A stretch of 64,000 nt of DNA from Chlorokybus atmophyticus (taxonomy: Eukaryota > Plantae > Mesostigma and Chlorokybus algae): contig RHPI01002048.1 of assembly GCA_009103225.1 (NCBI GenBank), positions 695,036-759,035 on the forward strand, in the 5' to 3' direction. A model generated the notes under the pieces. That model had not been told where the DNA came from. It made no database searches and was given only the letters and a program-made list of their open reading frames with translations. Position 1 is the first letter of the stretch. Each line of letters starts with the position of its first letter. The translations under genes were made by a program, and so were the position numbers. This document shows positions 38,327-51,172 of this stretch, piece by piece.

Positions 38327-39249
38327 TGGTCGAGGAGAGCACGCAGCTTCAGCCACAGCTTCAGCTTCCACATGAGCACTGAACCTACTAGCTGCATAGT
38401 GTCAGCGTTAGCAGCTGACCGCACAGTGTCCACCATGTACCTGACTTCACTTACACAGCAGTGAAAGGCAAGCACAGCCTGTGCCGCGCAGGTGGTCTGT
38501 GTGCAAGTCGGTATACGCAAGGCGCCCTCACACGCAGGCAATCACGCCGCGGACAATGGGCTACAAACGTACAAAAAAGCTTAAGCTGCAGCTCTTTGGG
38601 AATGTGCAATGACGAACAGCCCATGGGCTTATGTGTGGAGACATGCACAGCAACTGTGCAATTGTCTCCGCACGTAAGCTGTCAATGCAACACAAGCCCA
38701 GCGCTACTTTTTCTTGGAGTCACCCAGAACACTCTTCCAGAGCAGCTTTTGAGACGGGCAAGCATGCAGGGACCACACGTTGAACCCATGCTTAGCATTG
38801 CAGGAAACTACAGCAGTCGCTGGCCGCTGACCTCAGCTCCTCATGTGCTCCAAACCCATTGGCGTAACCTTGGGAGCAACTACACCCCCTGTCCTGAACA
38901 ACAACAACTACGACGTCGACGCCGACGCCGACGCCAGCGACCGCGCCACCCACGTGGCTGCACCTACGTTCCCAGCCAGTAGCTTGGCTCAGCCCATTGA
39001 GTACAGCGTTCGTTGATCCTGCGCTCATTGAGCTACAGTCTAGTACTCGTATTCAGTGAACACAAGTAGTAGCTCAGTTCAGCGAACACAGCCATGTGCA
39101 GGTGTCCATGTTTGCGGCCAGGTGGCGGCGGCGGCGGCGGCGGTGGTGGCGGAGGAGTGGCTATCAATGGGCAAATGATGGGCGTTTCCGGCTTACCTAG
39201 CTCCCCATCTGAGCACTTACAGTAGTGCAAGGCCAGCGACGCAATGCTT

Positions 39250-40320
39250 GCAGAGATTGGTTGCCAATAAGAGCTCACAGAGCTGCATTAGCGCACAACA
39301 CTTATGGCGCTGCTCAGTCGGTGCGAGGACGGGCAGTCTTCTTCAGGGTTGAGGAGAGAATTCGCTGCGTACGTGCAGCGCATTATAGACAGTCAAGTGC
39401 CGAGGCGTGAGATCAAGGAGGGCAAGAATCAGTGAATCAGTGCTGTGCCAATGTCCAACATGCTCACACGCAAGTGTTGGTCTTCCCCTTGCTGAACAGC
39501 TACTTGGTGCTGATGGTGCATAACGTCGATGCAATGTTCAGAGCCAGTCTTTGAACACAATGTGTATCTGTGATGTCTCTGGCTGTTTTACACACACAAC
39601 CGCAGTTGACAGTCACGTCAAGTACACAGAATCCTGTACCAACTGCACATGATACTTTAAGCACATACACCACTGGGCAAGCTTTAGGCAGGGCTTGGAA
39701 AGCGTGTTGTGTCGCAAACAGCCTACAGCCTGTTGAATTCTATTTTACAATGACTTAATACCCCAACACGGTGCTGAACAACCTTCAAGACCGTACAAGG
39801 TGCATCTTCACCAGTGCAGCCAGACTGTGAGTACCTTTCTGCTCACGAGACTGCATGACCATTGCGACTCAGCTGCAAAGAACTTTGAATTGAAAGGGAC
39901 TCCAGCCAGCTGCGTGCGAGGCCATGTTAGAGGCCATGTGTGTGCAGTGCAGTATGCGATCATCGGAGTTTGTGTCATGTGTCCGGGAGGGGGTGATTAC
40001 GATGTTGATGAGGAGGCTGCGTGCGAGTGGCTTGCGGCCAGTCTGCCGGGTGTGCCGCCTGTGCGGCGAATGAAACCGGTGTGCATGTGCGCGTGTTTCC
40101 GTCCATTGCTCTTGCATCTGCTGGCGGCCGTGCAGACTGTTGAGGGGCAGCATGAGGCGTCACTTTTGTGCAGCACGCGCAGGGAACAGGTAAGCCTGGT
40201 AAAGCTGTGTTGAAATGAACATCAGGTGTGCCTGCGCGTGGGGGTGTACCTGCTGTGTCTGCCCGCGCACATGTCTATGCAGGTGGCTTGGCTACTGGCT
40301 TGGCAAACCTCATCTGTTTG
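39250..40320 (+). CDS. Possible multi-exon gene of unknown function
   Basis: Phase-0 exon chain with canonical sites (...GVPPVRRMKP|TVEGQHEASLLCSTRREQ|VAWLLAWQTSSV*). No recognised domain; 5' end unresolved. Confidence 0.3.
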
Positions 40321-41406
40321 ACACCGAGCTTGGCTCTTATTTTGATTGCAGCTGCAACAGGCACGGCGCGCACGCACTTTTCATACTTTGTGATGCTGAT
40401 GTACACAAGGACGAAAAGGCAGTGGTAGATGTGTACTATTTGTGTTGCACAGTTTGTGATGCACAATTCCTGCGCTCTGCAGGTTGTACTTTGCTGCTGT
40501 TGCCTGCCGCTGCATGTTGCTGCCTGACGATCTCAGTCTTAGTGCATAGCTGTCTTGGGTTGAGTCTTGGTCTTTTTACACGGGGTTGTAAGCTTTGCCT
40601 TGGCCCTCATCATGTTGCCTTTGCTTGTGAATATGCATGTGGGCATGTTTGCACAACCACTGCTTGAGCTGTAGTCAGCTTGTATGCTAGTCATATTTGC
40701 AAACACAGCATTCCTTCCGCAATCACAGGAACTTGTCTCTCGCCACTGCACTTTCAGGTGCAGTACTTGAATACTGCTGCAATGCTTATGACGGACACAA
40801 TACCCTTGCAGACAAGCTTCTGAGCCAAAAGCAAGCGTCTGGGTTAGAAATGTAGCACCCATCCCTGCCCCGCAGTGTACAGGCACAAACAGACAATGTC
40901 TTCCTCTGCAAACTATATTAAATGGTCACAAGGTCCCAGTGTCAAAGCCATAACAGTAACAGACTGACTGTGCGATCGGTCATGTGTACAAAGAATGCAA
41001 TGCAATATTGCGGCATACACGACATGCATTGCTGCAGCGTGTATAACATGCATTCGTAGAAAATCCCACCTCAGGCACGACCACCGGGCTATGCACCTAC
41101 TCACTGGCTGCTTACTTCACCACCGCTAACCCCAACCCTACCTGTGTGCATAATGCGGACTGCCTTGACTGTACAGAATAGCAGGGGCGCTGAGACAACT
41201 TACAGTCCAACACAAACAGACTCTCTGATCGACTGAATGCAGGCTGACAGGAATTCGCAGTTGTCAAGATTGGCATGGCTGCTGAAACATTGTACACACG
41301 CAACACAAACATGTGCAGCACAGCCCAGGAGCGGACAGCAAGCATGCCAGCAAGCAGCAATTGCGGGCAAGTCAAGTAGTAGCATTGCATAAATCGCGAG
41401 CCCAAC

Positions 41407-43939
41407 CTAGAATCGCCGGGTCTCCTTTGGTATCTTGAAGTTGACGGGGTGGGTCTCAGGGGTGGCATTCTCGTCCTCGCGCCACATCTTGATGGTCTTG
41501 TCGGCCTCACATGTGATAAGCCGCGTGCCCGTGACATCGTAGCCGCAGGCAAAGATGCCCGACTCGCTGTCGAGTGACCCGGGCTGCACGACAGTCTGCC
41601 CCTGCTGGAAGTTGTGTCCGCTCTTCCAGTCCCAAAACCAGAGGCTGCCGTTGTCGCCGCCCGAGGCGAGCACGCCGTCCTCGTTAACGGCCATGCAGTT
41701 GAGGATCGTGCGCTGGTTGCCCAGCATGTTGTGCATGAAGTCCCCGCGCGGCAGCCGGAACTTCTTCATGTTGTCCGCGGACGCCGACACAAACGTCGTC
41801 TCAGTCGGGTGCATCGCCATCGCCCTCACGCTCTTCTTGTGGTACGTCAGCGTCGACATGCTCTTCCCCGTTGCAAGGTCCCACATCTTCACCGTCGAGT
41901 CGTGTGAACCCGTAATCACCTGCGGGTCTGTCGGCTGCGCGATAACAGAGCACACCGTGTTCTGATGCCCCGCAAGTGCAAATATTTGCGCCTTTGTTCG
42001 CATATCCCACACCTGTACAAAGGACACAACATTCGTCAGGTCTGGACAGACTGCAAACGACCAGATTTACTCCAGTAACAGCTGATACCACATCGCTCTG
42101 AAAATGTGTTAATTACTCAAACTTACTCTGCATACGGAGTCTCGACCTCCCGTCATTAGGACATCGAGTGTGGGATGCAGAGCTAAGCAGTAGACGCCGC
42201 TGAGATGCCCATGGTAGTGACGAATGACCTTGTTGTACTCGAGGTCCCAACACTTTACTTGCTTGTCGTCACCAGCAGAAAACATGTACGGATGCCTTGG
42301 ACTCACGGCAAGACCTGGCAAGACACCCCAGTCAAGCGCGTCGCAGGGCGTTTCACGCGCCGCAACTTGTCATCCTGCTACAGTCCTCACCTCGAATTTG
42401 CTCAATGTGGCCGGTAAGCGTTAACCTCAACTGACCACTTGCAAGATCCCAAATCTGCAAAGGCATCAGGGATGGCAAAAGGTTGTTAGTGTAAGGATGT
42501 GGGCCATGCAATGCGTACATGTCAATTGTTGCAAAACGTGCCTTTATTGTGCGATCCGCGGCACCAGTGGCGAACCACTGGTTGGAAGGATCCACTGCAA
42601 CAGATCGAACCCAGCCCAGATGCCCACTAATAACCTAAGCGCCATGACAAGGCGTTCAGACACCCTGTGGGCTTTGTAAAACAGCAAGCAATGTAGGGAG
42701 TATATTGGTGTAAAACACAGCATACACAGCCCCACCACTGCCTCTCACGAACTCACCCTGTACATCTTCCAGGGTGGATGCCAGACTGGCTTGGGCCATT
42801 TACTAGGCAGCCTTTTCATAATCTGCGCGCTAGGCATGTACCTGCGCGAATGTAACACGCGAGCCAAGATTGGTATGCGTGCATGATATGACACTATACA
42901 TCCACCAAGTGACGTGTGTCGACTCACTTCTCGGGTATCGCAGCCAACTGCTGTTGTTGCTTCTTGTACTCTACAAGCTGTGTCGATTGAGGCACCTCCC
43001 TGTGCACAACATAAGGGACGGTTTGTGTTTGCTCAATCACACATGTGTTCGGTAACTCACGAGTTGTCCAACATCGCAACATACTCCCGTTGTTAAGTGA
43101 GCTCAGACTCACCTCTCTGGAAGTTTGTCAATCAACGTCTGTATGTTGCTTCTGTGCACAACCTCCTTGGCCGGTTCAGCTGTTCAAAACAGCAAGTTTG
43201 TCACTGCACGCTCGCACACTCGCGCACACAAAGCCATACACATGCACCGCGCTCACACGCACACCTCACAATAGTCACACAAGTCAGATATGTAACAAGC
43301 TGTACCAGGTGCTGTTCCAGTGGCTTCTGCCGGTCTTGAAACTGCGGCGGCACCATTGCTTTGATGTTGTGCGTCCTTTGATGACGCGGTGGTGGTCGGG
43401 GCAGAAGGGGGTGGCATGTCGCGAGCCACGGCATACTCATCATGGATCTGCCAATGACGAGAGACGCATTGTTTCACACAAGTGCGCTTTGGCACGCATT
43501 TCTTTGGGGGGTTGACAAACACGCGCGCAAGGGAGCAATCAACACAACCAGCACCTCCCACTGACCTTGCATGCGAGCTTTATCCGCTGGCTGAAAGAGT
43601 TCCCCGCACGCATAGACAGACAACAAGCACGATAGTCAGTGACTTGCACAGCTTTTGTGACAAACTCCCAACTGCATTGGTGCGCACGCGACAGCGCAAC
43701 GAACACATCTTGACTTGCTTATTACTGATTACTGAACAAACGACCAGATGAAAGAACAAACCCAACCTGGCTTCATCAAAAGAGGGTCGCATGCCGTGGT
43801 TGCCGACAAACAGGTCGCGAGTGCGTTTGAGGCTGCGCAGACAGAGCGTGCGCAGCGACACCGGCTCCACCGGCAGGTCGACGGCAGCACCGTCCGCAGC
43901 ATGGCTGTTGCTGCTGTGCTCAACAGCCACACTCGGCAT
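41407..43939 (-). CDS. PRL1: Pleiotropic regulatory locus 1 (PLRG1/Prp46, WD40 spliceosome NTC component)
   Basis: [78 protein letters not shown]...[25 protein letters not shown]. Confidence 0.97.
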
Positions 43940-44219
43940 GTTGCTGTGCGGCCCTGCCCTTAGCCGGCGGCGGCGGCGGCGGCGGCGGCGGAGGGCAACG
44001 GGGAGCGATGTATGCTAGCTCATAGTCAACCACCACCCGCCTGCTTCCACTAACAGCCCTCGTTGGATACACTGTTCCACAGCGGCTCCCTAAAGTCTTC
44101 CTGATTGATGTGATGACACTCACGTCCACGGCAGCGACCCCGAACTCAACCCAAGCCCCGCCGCAACTGCCGACGATGCCACCGACGACACCGCCGCCCG
44201 CGAACTTTGCATGCAAACA

Positions 44220-44235
44220 TTAGGGTTAGGGTTTT
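44220..44235 (-). promoter_or_regulatory. Telo-box (AAACCCTAA) near the PRL1 5' end
   Basis: TTAGGGTTAGGGTTTT on + reads AAAACCCTAACCCTAA on -, about 280 bp upstream of the PRL1 ATG. Confidence 0.5.
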
Positions 44236-44709
44236 CGTCCGTCGACTGATCGCTGATCGATGCGATTGCAAATGCAACATGATGTTCAGTGATCAAACAG
44301 GCTCATACCAGCACAACAGTGTCCATCATCTGCTGCACAAGGGACCGTCACATTGTCTTCACGTCAACAATGCCACTTGTACAAGATCTAAATACACAAT
44401 CACAGCAAGCACTGTGGTGCATCACACTGTGCGCGCCCAACAGTAGTGTTGGCCTATACTTGGTGCACACTCATGTGAGCGTTGAACGCATACAGTGCAT
44501 TAAACACTCCTGCTAAGCTACTCACAGAAGTTCAACAGCCGCTGTACTACCTTTTCACTACTCAAGTCAAGTGAAATTGACACCAACGTTACCTCATTGA
44601 CAAGTTCCACCATTTAACTCACTCAAGTTGACAGCTAACAATAGGCTAAACTACAATATACAAAAATAGAGTCAATGCGAGCAGCAAGCAGGTGCAGGGA
44701 TTGTGACAA

Positions 44710-47098
44710 TCAGAGTTCTTCGTGCTCAATGTGAGCTGCTGCCAGCGCTTCTTCCACTGCCAAACCATCGCCTACTATATCTCTGTCATACATGTGTCCC
44801 ATTTTTCTCCGCTTGGTTTCCATGTATTTCCTGTTCTCGTCGTGAACAGGCGTGATGAGAGGTGACCGAGACACCACCGCGAGTCCGTAACCCTTCAGCC
44901 CCTTGAACTTGGAGGGGTTGTTTGTCATCAACCTCATGGTCTTGACTCCCAAATCCCTCAGGATCTGCGCTCCGACTCCATAATCTCGCGCATCAATAGG
45001 CAGCCCCAAGTCCACATTGGCCTCAACCGTGTCCCGACCAGCATCCTGCAGGTTGTATGCATGCAGTTTCTGACCCAGCCCAATGCCCCTGCCTTCATGA
45101 CCTCTGAGATAGACCACCACACCCTTTCCCTCATCCGCGACGCGCTTCAATGACATGTGAAGCTGCGGGCCACAATCACATCGCAACGAGGCGAAAATGT
45201 CGCCCGTGAGACACTCCGAATGCACGCGCACGAGCACATTTAAGCCATCTCCAATATCGCCGCACACCATCGCCACGTGCTCAATGCCATCCAGTCGAGA
45301 GGTGTAGCTGTAAATTTGGAACACACCGAACGTGGTCGGCAGCCTCGCTTTGGATGTGCGCTGCACCAGCAGTTCCCTTTTGCGCCGGTACCGAATAAGG
45401 TCTGATACGCTGACCATCAGGAGCCCGTGCTGCGACGCAAAGTGTTGCAGCTCCGCCAGTTGCATGAGCTCGCCATCCTCGTCATTGACGAGCGTGCTAA
45501 GAACCCCCGCTGATGCGCACCCAGCAAGACGCGCAAGATCCACTGCCGCCTCAGTGTGACCTGGCCTGTACCAGCGAAAAATGTCGGAAAGTGCGACTTA
45601 CAAACACCAACTTCAACAAACGTCCCATATGCACACCTGCTAAGCACACCACCATCCTCAGCTCTGAGTGGAAAGATGTGTCCTGGTCTGCGGAAGTCAT
45701 TGCCATCAGAGCTCCCTGCTGCGAGTGCCCTGCAGCAAACTTGACAATTCAGCCACATCACAATAACAACAGACTGTAGAACCACCAACCACCAACCTGA
45801 CTGTGAGCGTGCGATCGCCAGCAGAAATGCCTGTGCTTGTGCCTTCCTTCAGATCCACTGACACGCTGACCGCTGCACGTTCGTGAACGCCATCATGCAT
45901 CATAGGAGGGATCTCCAAAGCTTCTAACCTTTCACCAGGCACTGCAACAGACACCAGCCCGCATGTATGCCGCACCTGCCATTGATGTACCAATCGGTCC
46001 TTGAGCAACATAGCCTCACATCCCTACCGTTTCAATCACAGCATATGCTAGCTCAAGTGCAGCAGAAAGTACTTAATACTAGCCTAACTGCGCACCATGA
46101 ACGCCATTGTAGCTTCAGTCATTTTGCTTGCTGCGACTAACAGATCTCCGCGCACTCCCACCTCAGGATCATCCTCTACGAGCACCTGCGCATGCAGTGC
46201 CCTTAGTTCGCTGACAGGCAATCACACAATGCAGCCACGGCTGGTCAAGTAGCAGCATGGGCATGCGCAATGCCATAGACCGCACAGATGTGATGAGTAG
46301 CATAGTGTGCACCCATGTAAGATAGCTTGGATTATGGGGGCTATGTAGGCAACAAAATGGAGATCGGGTACAGGCGCAATACAACTCTGCTCAAAAATAG
46401 CATTCCACAACTTCTGGACAGGAAAAACAAAAAAGTGACACATGACTGCGATTCTTGCTGACAGTGATGCAATGCAGGGCCAATGCGTACCACAGCTCGG
46501 CCTTCAGCAACTGCGTCAATCGCGGCCGCAACGGACTGGAAACCCTTTGTTGGCATGTCTGGATCTGTGCCATCAGCGTCACTACAGAAGAACGGAACAG
46601 CTGCAGCGTCGCCGTTTTCCTGTAAGAAAGAACAGCAAGTCGGTTTAAAACCAAGCGCTGACCACGAAGCTGTCAAGCACCTTGCATGTCAAAGAGGAAA
46701 ACAGCAAATGCTTACGGAAGTAGCAAGGGCGCACCTAGCAACAAACCAGAGCTGATGTGCTGCTCAATCAATGTAAAGAGGGGACTGATTTAACCAGCAT
46801 GGCAGATTCGGAATGTGTGTCATGGCCGTGGATGGTGCCATACCTGCTCGGAGGCCAGTGCTGCAGAAACAGGCGGCGCTGGGTGACGCCGCTGATCACG
46901 GCGCATTGGAGGGGTGGAAAGAGCCTGGCAATGCCTGCCCTTCAAGCTGTTGCCACTGAATGCAGCCACAGAGGGATCGGCTGCGCGTGGCAGCGCGCCC
47001 TCCTTGCGCGGTGCATTCGCTTTGCCGCATGTGACATCCAATTCCGCGGACACTCTCCAATACGCGGCTGCAGCCGACGACGACGCCAATGCCGCCAT
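44710..47098 (-). CDS. RIBA: RIBA riboflavin synthesis protein: intact GTP cyclohydrolase II plus degenerate DHBP synthase domain; plastid transit peptide
   Basis: [52 protein letters not shown]. The N-terminal domain has RRPGHIFPL and GHTEAAVDL but altered catalytic motifs. Confidence 0.95.
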
Positions 47099-47996
47099 GC
47101 CGCTCGCCGCCGCCGCCGCCGCCACTGCCACCCACCGTGCCGACGATAGGGCTTAACAGCTTGTTGGGGTTTAGCTGCTCGGGTTTAGGATTTTTGGATG
47201 CTGACTGCCAACACTTTGGATGCCCTACTGCGGCTCTTCACCGCTATTTCACAGCGTGCGACGCAGGCTCCCGCATCTGTCGCTGTCGTGGCTTGCTCAC
47301 AGCGCAGCAAAGCACCAAACCACCTTCAAGCCGCACGCTTTATCGGACACAAGTCCGGCACCTTTTCTGCAGAAGGCCGTCAAAAGCACGCATGTAGACA
47401 CCTTTTACGTCCGGATGGCATAGCACGACCGGTCGGCAGAGTATCACGTGACTACGCTCGTAACCTTAGCCATGCATGAGTCATGAAGCCATGAGGGTTG
47501 CGAGCCGTGTTTGGCGGCATTTTGGCTCTCATGATACATTGACACCGCGTAACCGGCCTTTGGGAGCCGTCCACTTCAGATACGGTGTTCTGGCCTCAGA
47601 AACTGGCCGATTGACGCGGAGAGAGAGTCGTCGCCACCAGTGCTGTCCGACGACGCCATGCTGTCACTCACACGCTGAGATCAAAAGCTGACTGGTCGTG
47701 CTGCCACGTGGCGGTGACGGCGGCGGCGGAGTAGTAGACGTCGGTGTTGTCGTCTACGGCATTCGTGCTGTGCTTTGTTAGCTGCTTCGAGCCTGTACTA
47801 GGAACTTCACTGGTGGAGCTCTGGAAGACAGCTGTCGCTCCGCGCACAGCTGACTGCAGCGGAGTCAGCCAGGTTGGGGTCAACTGTGCAGTTGTCGTCG
47901 TTGATATTGTGGTTGATGGTGGTGTCGTTGTTCAAGTTGACAGCTAGGGTAAGGATTAACGCAGATTGTGTGGCTTGAACAGAGACAGATAGCGGG

Positions 47997-50170
47997 ATGG
48001 CGGACGGGGCAGTGTGGAAGGACTTGTCGTCAGGGACGGTGGCGGGAGTGGCGCAGCTGCTTGTCGGCCACCCCTTTGACACAATCAAGGTGGATGTCAT
48101 AGCTACCTATCCTTTGCTTTTTCAAACTGATCTTGTCAGTCTGCAGCTGACTGTGAGTGTCAATGACAGGTGAAGCTGCAGTCGCAGCCAGCCCCCCTGC
48201 CAGGCCAGGCGCCGAAGTTTGCCGGCGCCGTGGATGCCGTCCGCCAGACTGTCGCCGCTGAGGGACCCCGCGGCCTCTACAAGGTACTTGACATGCTTAA
48301 AGCACACCATTCTTGCACTGACTCTGTTCGCCACTTCGATACACTTAATCAATTCCATGGGTTAGTGCACTGAAGTCACTGTTTGCTATAGTCTCTGCAA
48401 CTGAACTCATGCACTGATGGTGGCTTCGTCGCAGGGAATGGGAGCGCCGCTGGCCACAGTGGCTGTATTCAACGCCGTGCTGTTCACTGCGAGGGGACAG
48501 GTGGAGTCGGTGCTGAGGGGAGGCGACCCCACCAAGCAAGTAAGTTCGGTGTCAAGTCACCTGTGTGTGTGCATGCACATGCAAGAGTCATGCCATCAGT
48601 GCGCTAGCGTGTGTGCCATGCGCGTTTGTGTGCACCCGCGTGGAGGTATGCGAGTGACACGGTCCACATGACTGCACTATTGATTGCATTGCATGTTACG
48701 CGTGAACTTGTTTGGAATTGTCACGCTTTGTTGTGTTATTTGTGACGAATGAATTGCCGCAGTTGGGAGTGGGACAGCAGGCATTAGCTGGGTTGGGTGC
48801 GGGAGCAGCGGTGGCATTTGTGGCGTGCCCCACAGAGCTTGTCAAGTGCAGGCTTCAAGCTCAGTCCGCACTCGCTGCACCCGTGAGTACAGTGCTGCTA
48901 TCTTTGTCTCGATGCAGCACAACAAGCACCACCACAACACAGCAGCAACAACATTGCATAAACCACCATCAACCCAGGTCGCTTTGGAGGCTGGGCTTGC
49001 GGGCGGTGCAGCCACGATGGCGGCGCCTTTGTACAATGGCCCCATGGATGTCGCAAAGCAAGTAAGTGTTGTTAGAACACAAGAGCAACCAGTAACGGTA
49101 ATGTGCCAGTACAGTAATCCTTAGTATATAACCCAGACAAAGGCAAGCTGAAATCACGGAGCCCCTAACAAAAAAAAAAAAAACATTAACAAACTATGCC
49201 TGCAACCAGTGAAGTGTGTGTAGTCCAATAATATGCTTGCGCATAGCTCGAGTGGGATGCTGCTTATGAGGCTGCTGTTGATACACATTCATACGTGCCA
49301 ACACGTCCATTGGTGTCCACCCGCAGGTGTTTATGCATGAGGGTGGAATGAGGGGACTCTACCGTGGGATGGTGCCGACGCTCCTGCGTGAGGTGCCCGG
49401 CAATGCTGCCATGTTTGGGTGCTATGAGGCCGCCAAGCGCACCATTGCGGGAGGCAGTGACACAAGCGGCCTGTCTCAGGTCAGTGCACAACATCACACT
49501 GTCATGGATGATGCCTTTTGCATGCAAGTGTTGGCTGTGGTTGCACTGGCAGCTGGCACTCTTGATGTGACATGTAACCACCACCGCCAACAACAACAAC
49601 AACAACAACCTGCAGGGCTCTCTTCTCGCTGCTGGCGGGTTTGCTGGTGCCATGTTCTGGGCCAGCGTTTATCCCATGGATGTCGTCAAGAGCATGATTC
49701 AGGTATTGGCCGGATTATTGCTTGTGTGTTCAGTTGATTGCATGTGGGGTGGGTGGGCGGATACAAGTCTCTTTATAAATGTAGAACAAATTTATATACA
49801 TGGACAAATGTGTTTATGCGTGCGTGTGTGCGTGCGTGCATGCGTGTTCGCAGTCTAGTCTACTAAACAATAATACATTACGGCCTGCAAGTCACATTTG
49901 CGATGTTGCGCGCAAGTGTGTGACACAAAGTCAGGGTACCCACTTTGTAGCACGTGTTTTGTGCGCGCTTCTTGACGTGAAGTACACCATCAGGTTGATG
50001 ACGTGAGGAAGCCTCGGTTCAATGGCACGCTGGACGCGTTGCGCAAGGTGTACGCCGCGGAGGGCGTGAAAGGTCTCTACCGTGGGTTCGGCCCTGCCAT
50101 GGCGAGGAGTGTACCCGCCAACGCCGCATGCTTCCTTGCTTACGAGATCTGCCGCAAGTCACTAGGGTAA
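47997..50170 (+). CDS. BOU: Mitochondrial carrier, BOU/SLC25A20-like, 8 exons
   Basis: Three carrier signatures: GHPFDTIKVKLQSQ, CPTELVKCRLQAQ, YPMDVVKSMIQ. Also GMGAPLATVA, REVPGNAAMF and RSVPANAACFLAYE. Confidence 0.93.
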
Positions 50171-51172
50171 CTGATGACGATATATACTAATAACTGGACA
50201 TAGAAGTCCAGTTGTCGTTGGACTAGGCATATTATTGCGCGATATCTTTTCGCGTTGTATAATAAGTTGACACGCTGCTGTTAGCTTCTTGCGCAAGTGT
50301 GAAGCTATGGATGCCTGTGGGTGTGCGGGTGTAAGAGATAGTATGCTACAATATGGTATGCACGACCGTGTGTGATGTAGAGCAGCACAGCACGCTACAC
50401 ACCATGTACATATGTATATAGGAGTGTCACTATGGATGCGTGTTGGTCAGTGCAGGCCTGTTCACCAACATGATGTACCTACATCTTGCTGAATGTGGGT
50501 CTGTCAACATGCTCCGGCGATTGCTGTCCTTCAGCTCTTTCACTAAGCTTGAGCACCCATGAATCTGTGCACAAGCACTGGGAAAGGGCTGTCACTGTTA
50601 CTACTGTTACTCTACATCAAATGCAGGACATGCATGTGGTGGTGTGTGCCTTTGTCAATGCACAGCTGGTGAGATTACTTTGCTGAGCAAGGTATAACCA
50701 TTTGCAACAGCATTGCCAGCTACACATCTGCATTAAAATAGGATTGGTGTTAACTCCCCTCAATTATGCACAAGGAACTAGATGTCCAGGCCCATCCGCA
50801 TAACGAGCAAGTGCCGCACAGTCAGAGGCCTATAAAACCTGGCTAGACTTGCACTCTTGTCTTTGACCCACATCTGTGCACCACTGTACGCTGTGGTCCC
50901 CAATGAATAAAATGTTCTACAAGGGCTGGCTGGTTAGCCACGTCATGTGGTGTAACAAAGCACCTCTTGTCCGAGGCTTTGACGTACCCGCTGTGCTATG
51001 TATGCTGTAGCTGTGTCACAGGAGGAAGATACATGCGATGACATGCATCTTCACAGTGTGCAGCGCGCACGCACACATTGGGTTGTTGCCATACTGTGTA
51101 CAATAGCGTGTCGCGCGGTCCTGCGCGATTGGATCAATGCCTGCCTGGTTGCTGACTTCAGAAAAGATCCCA

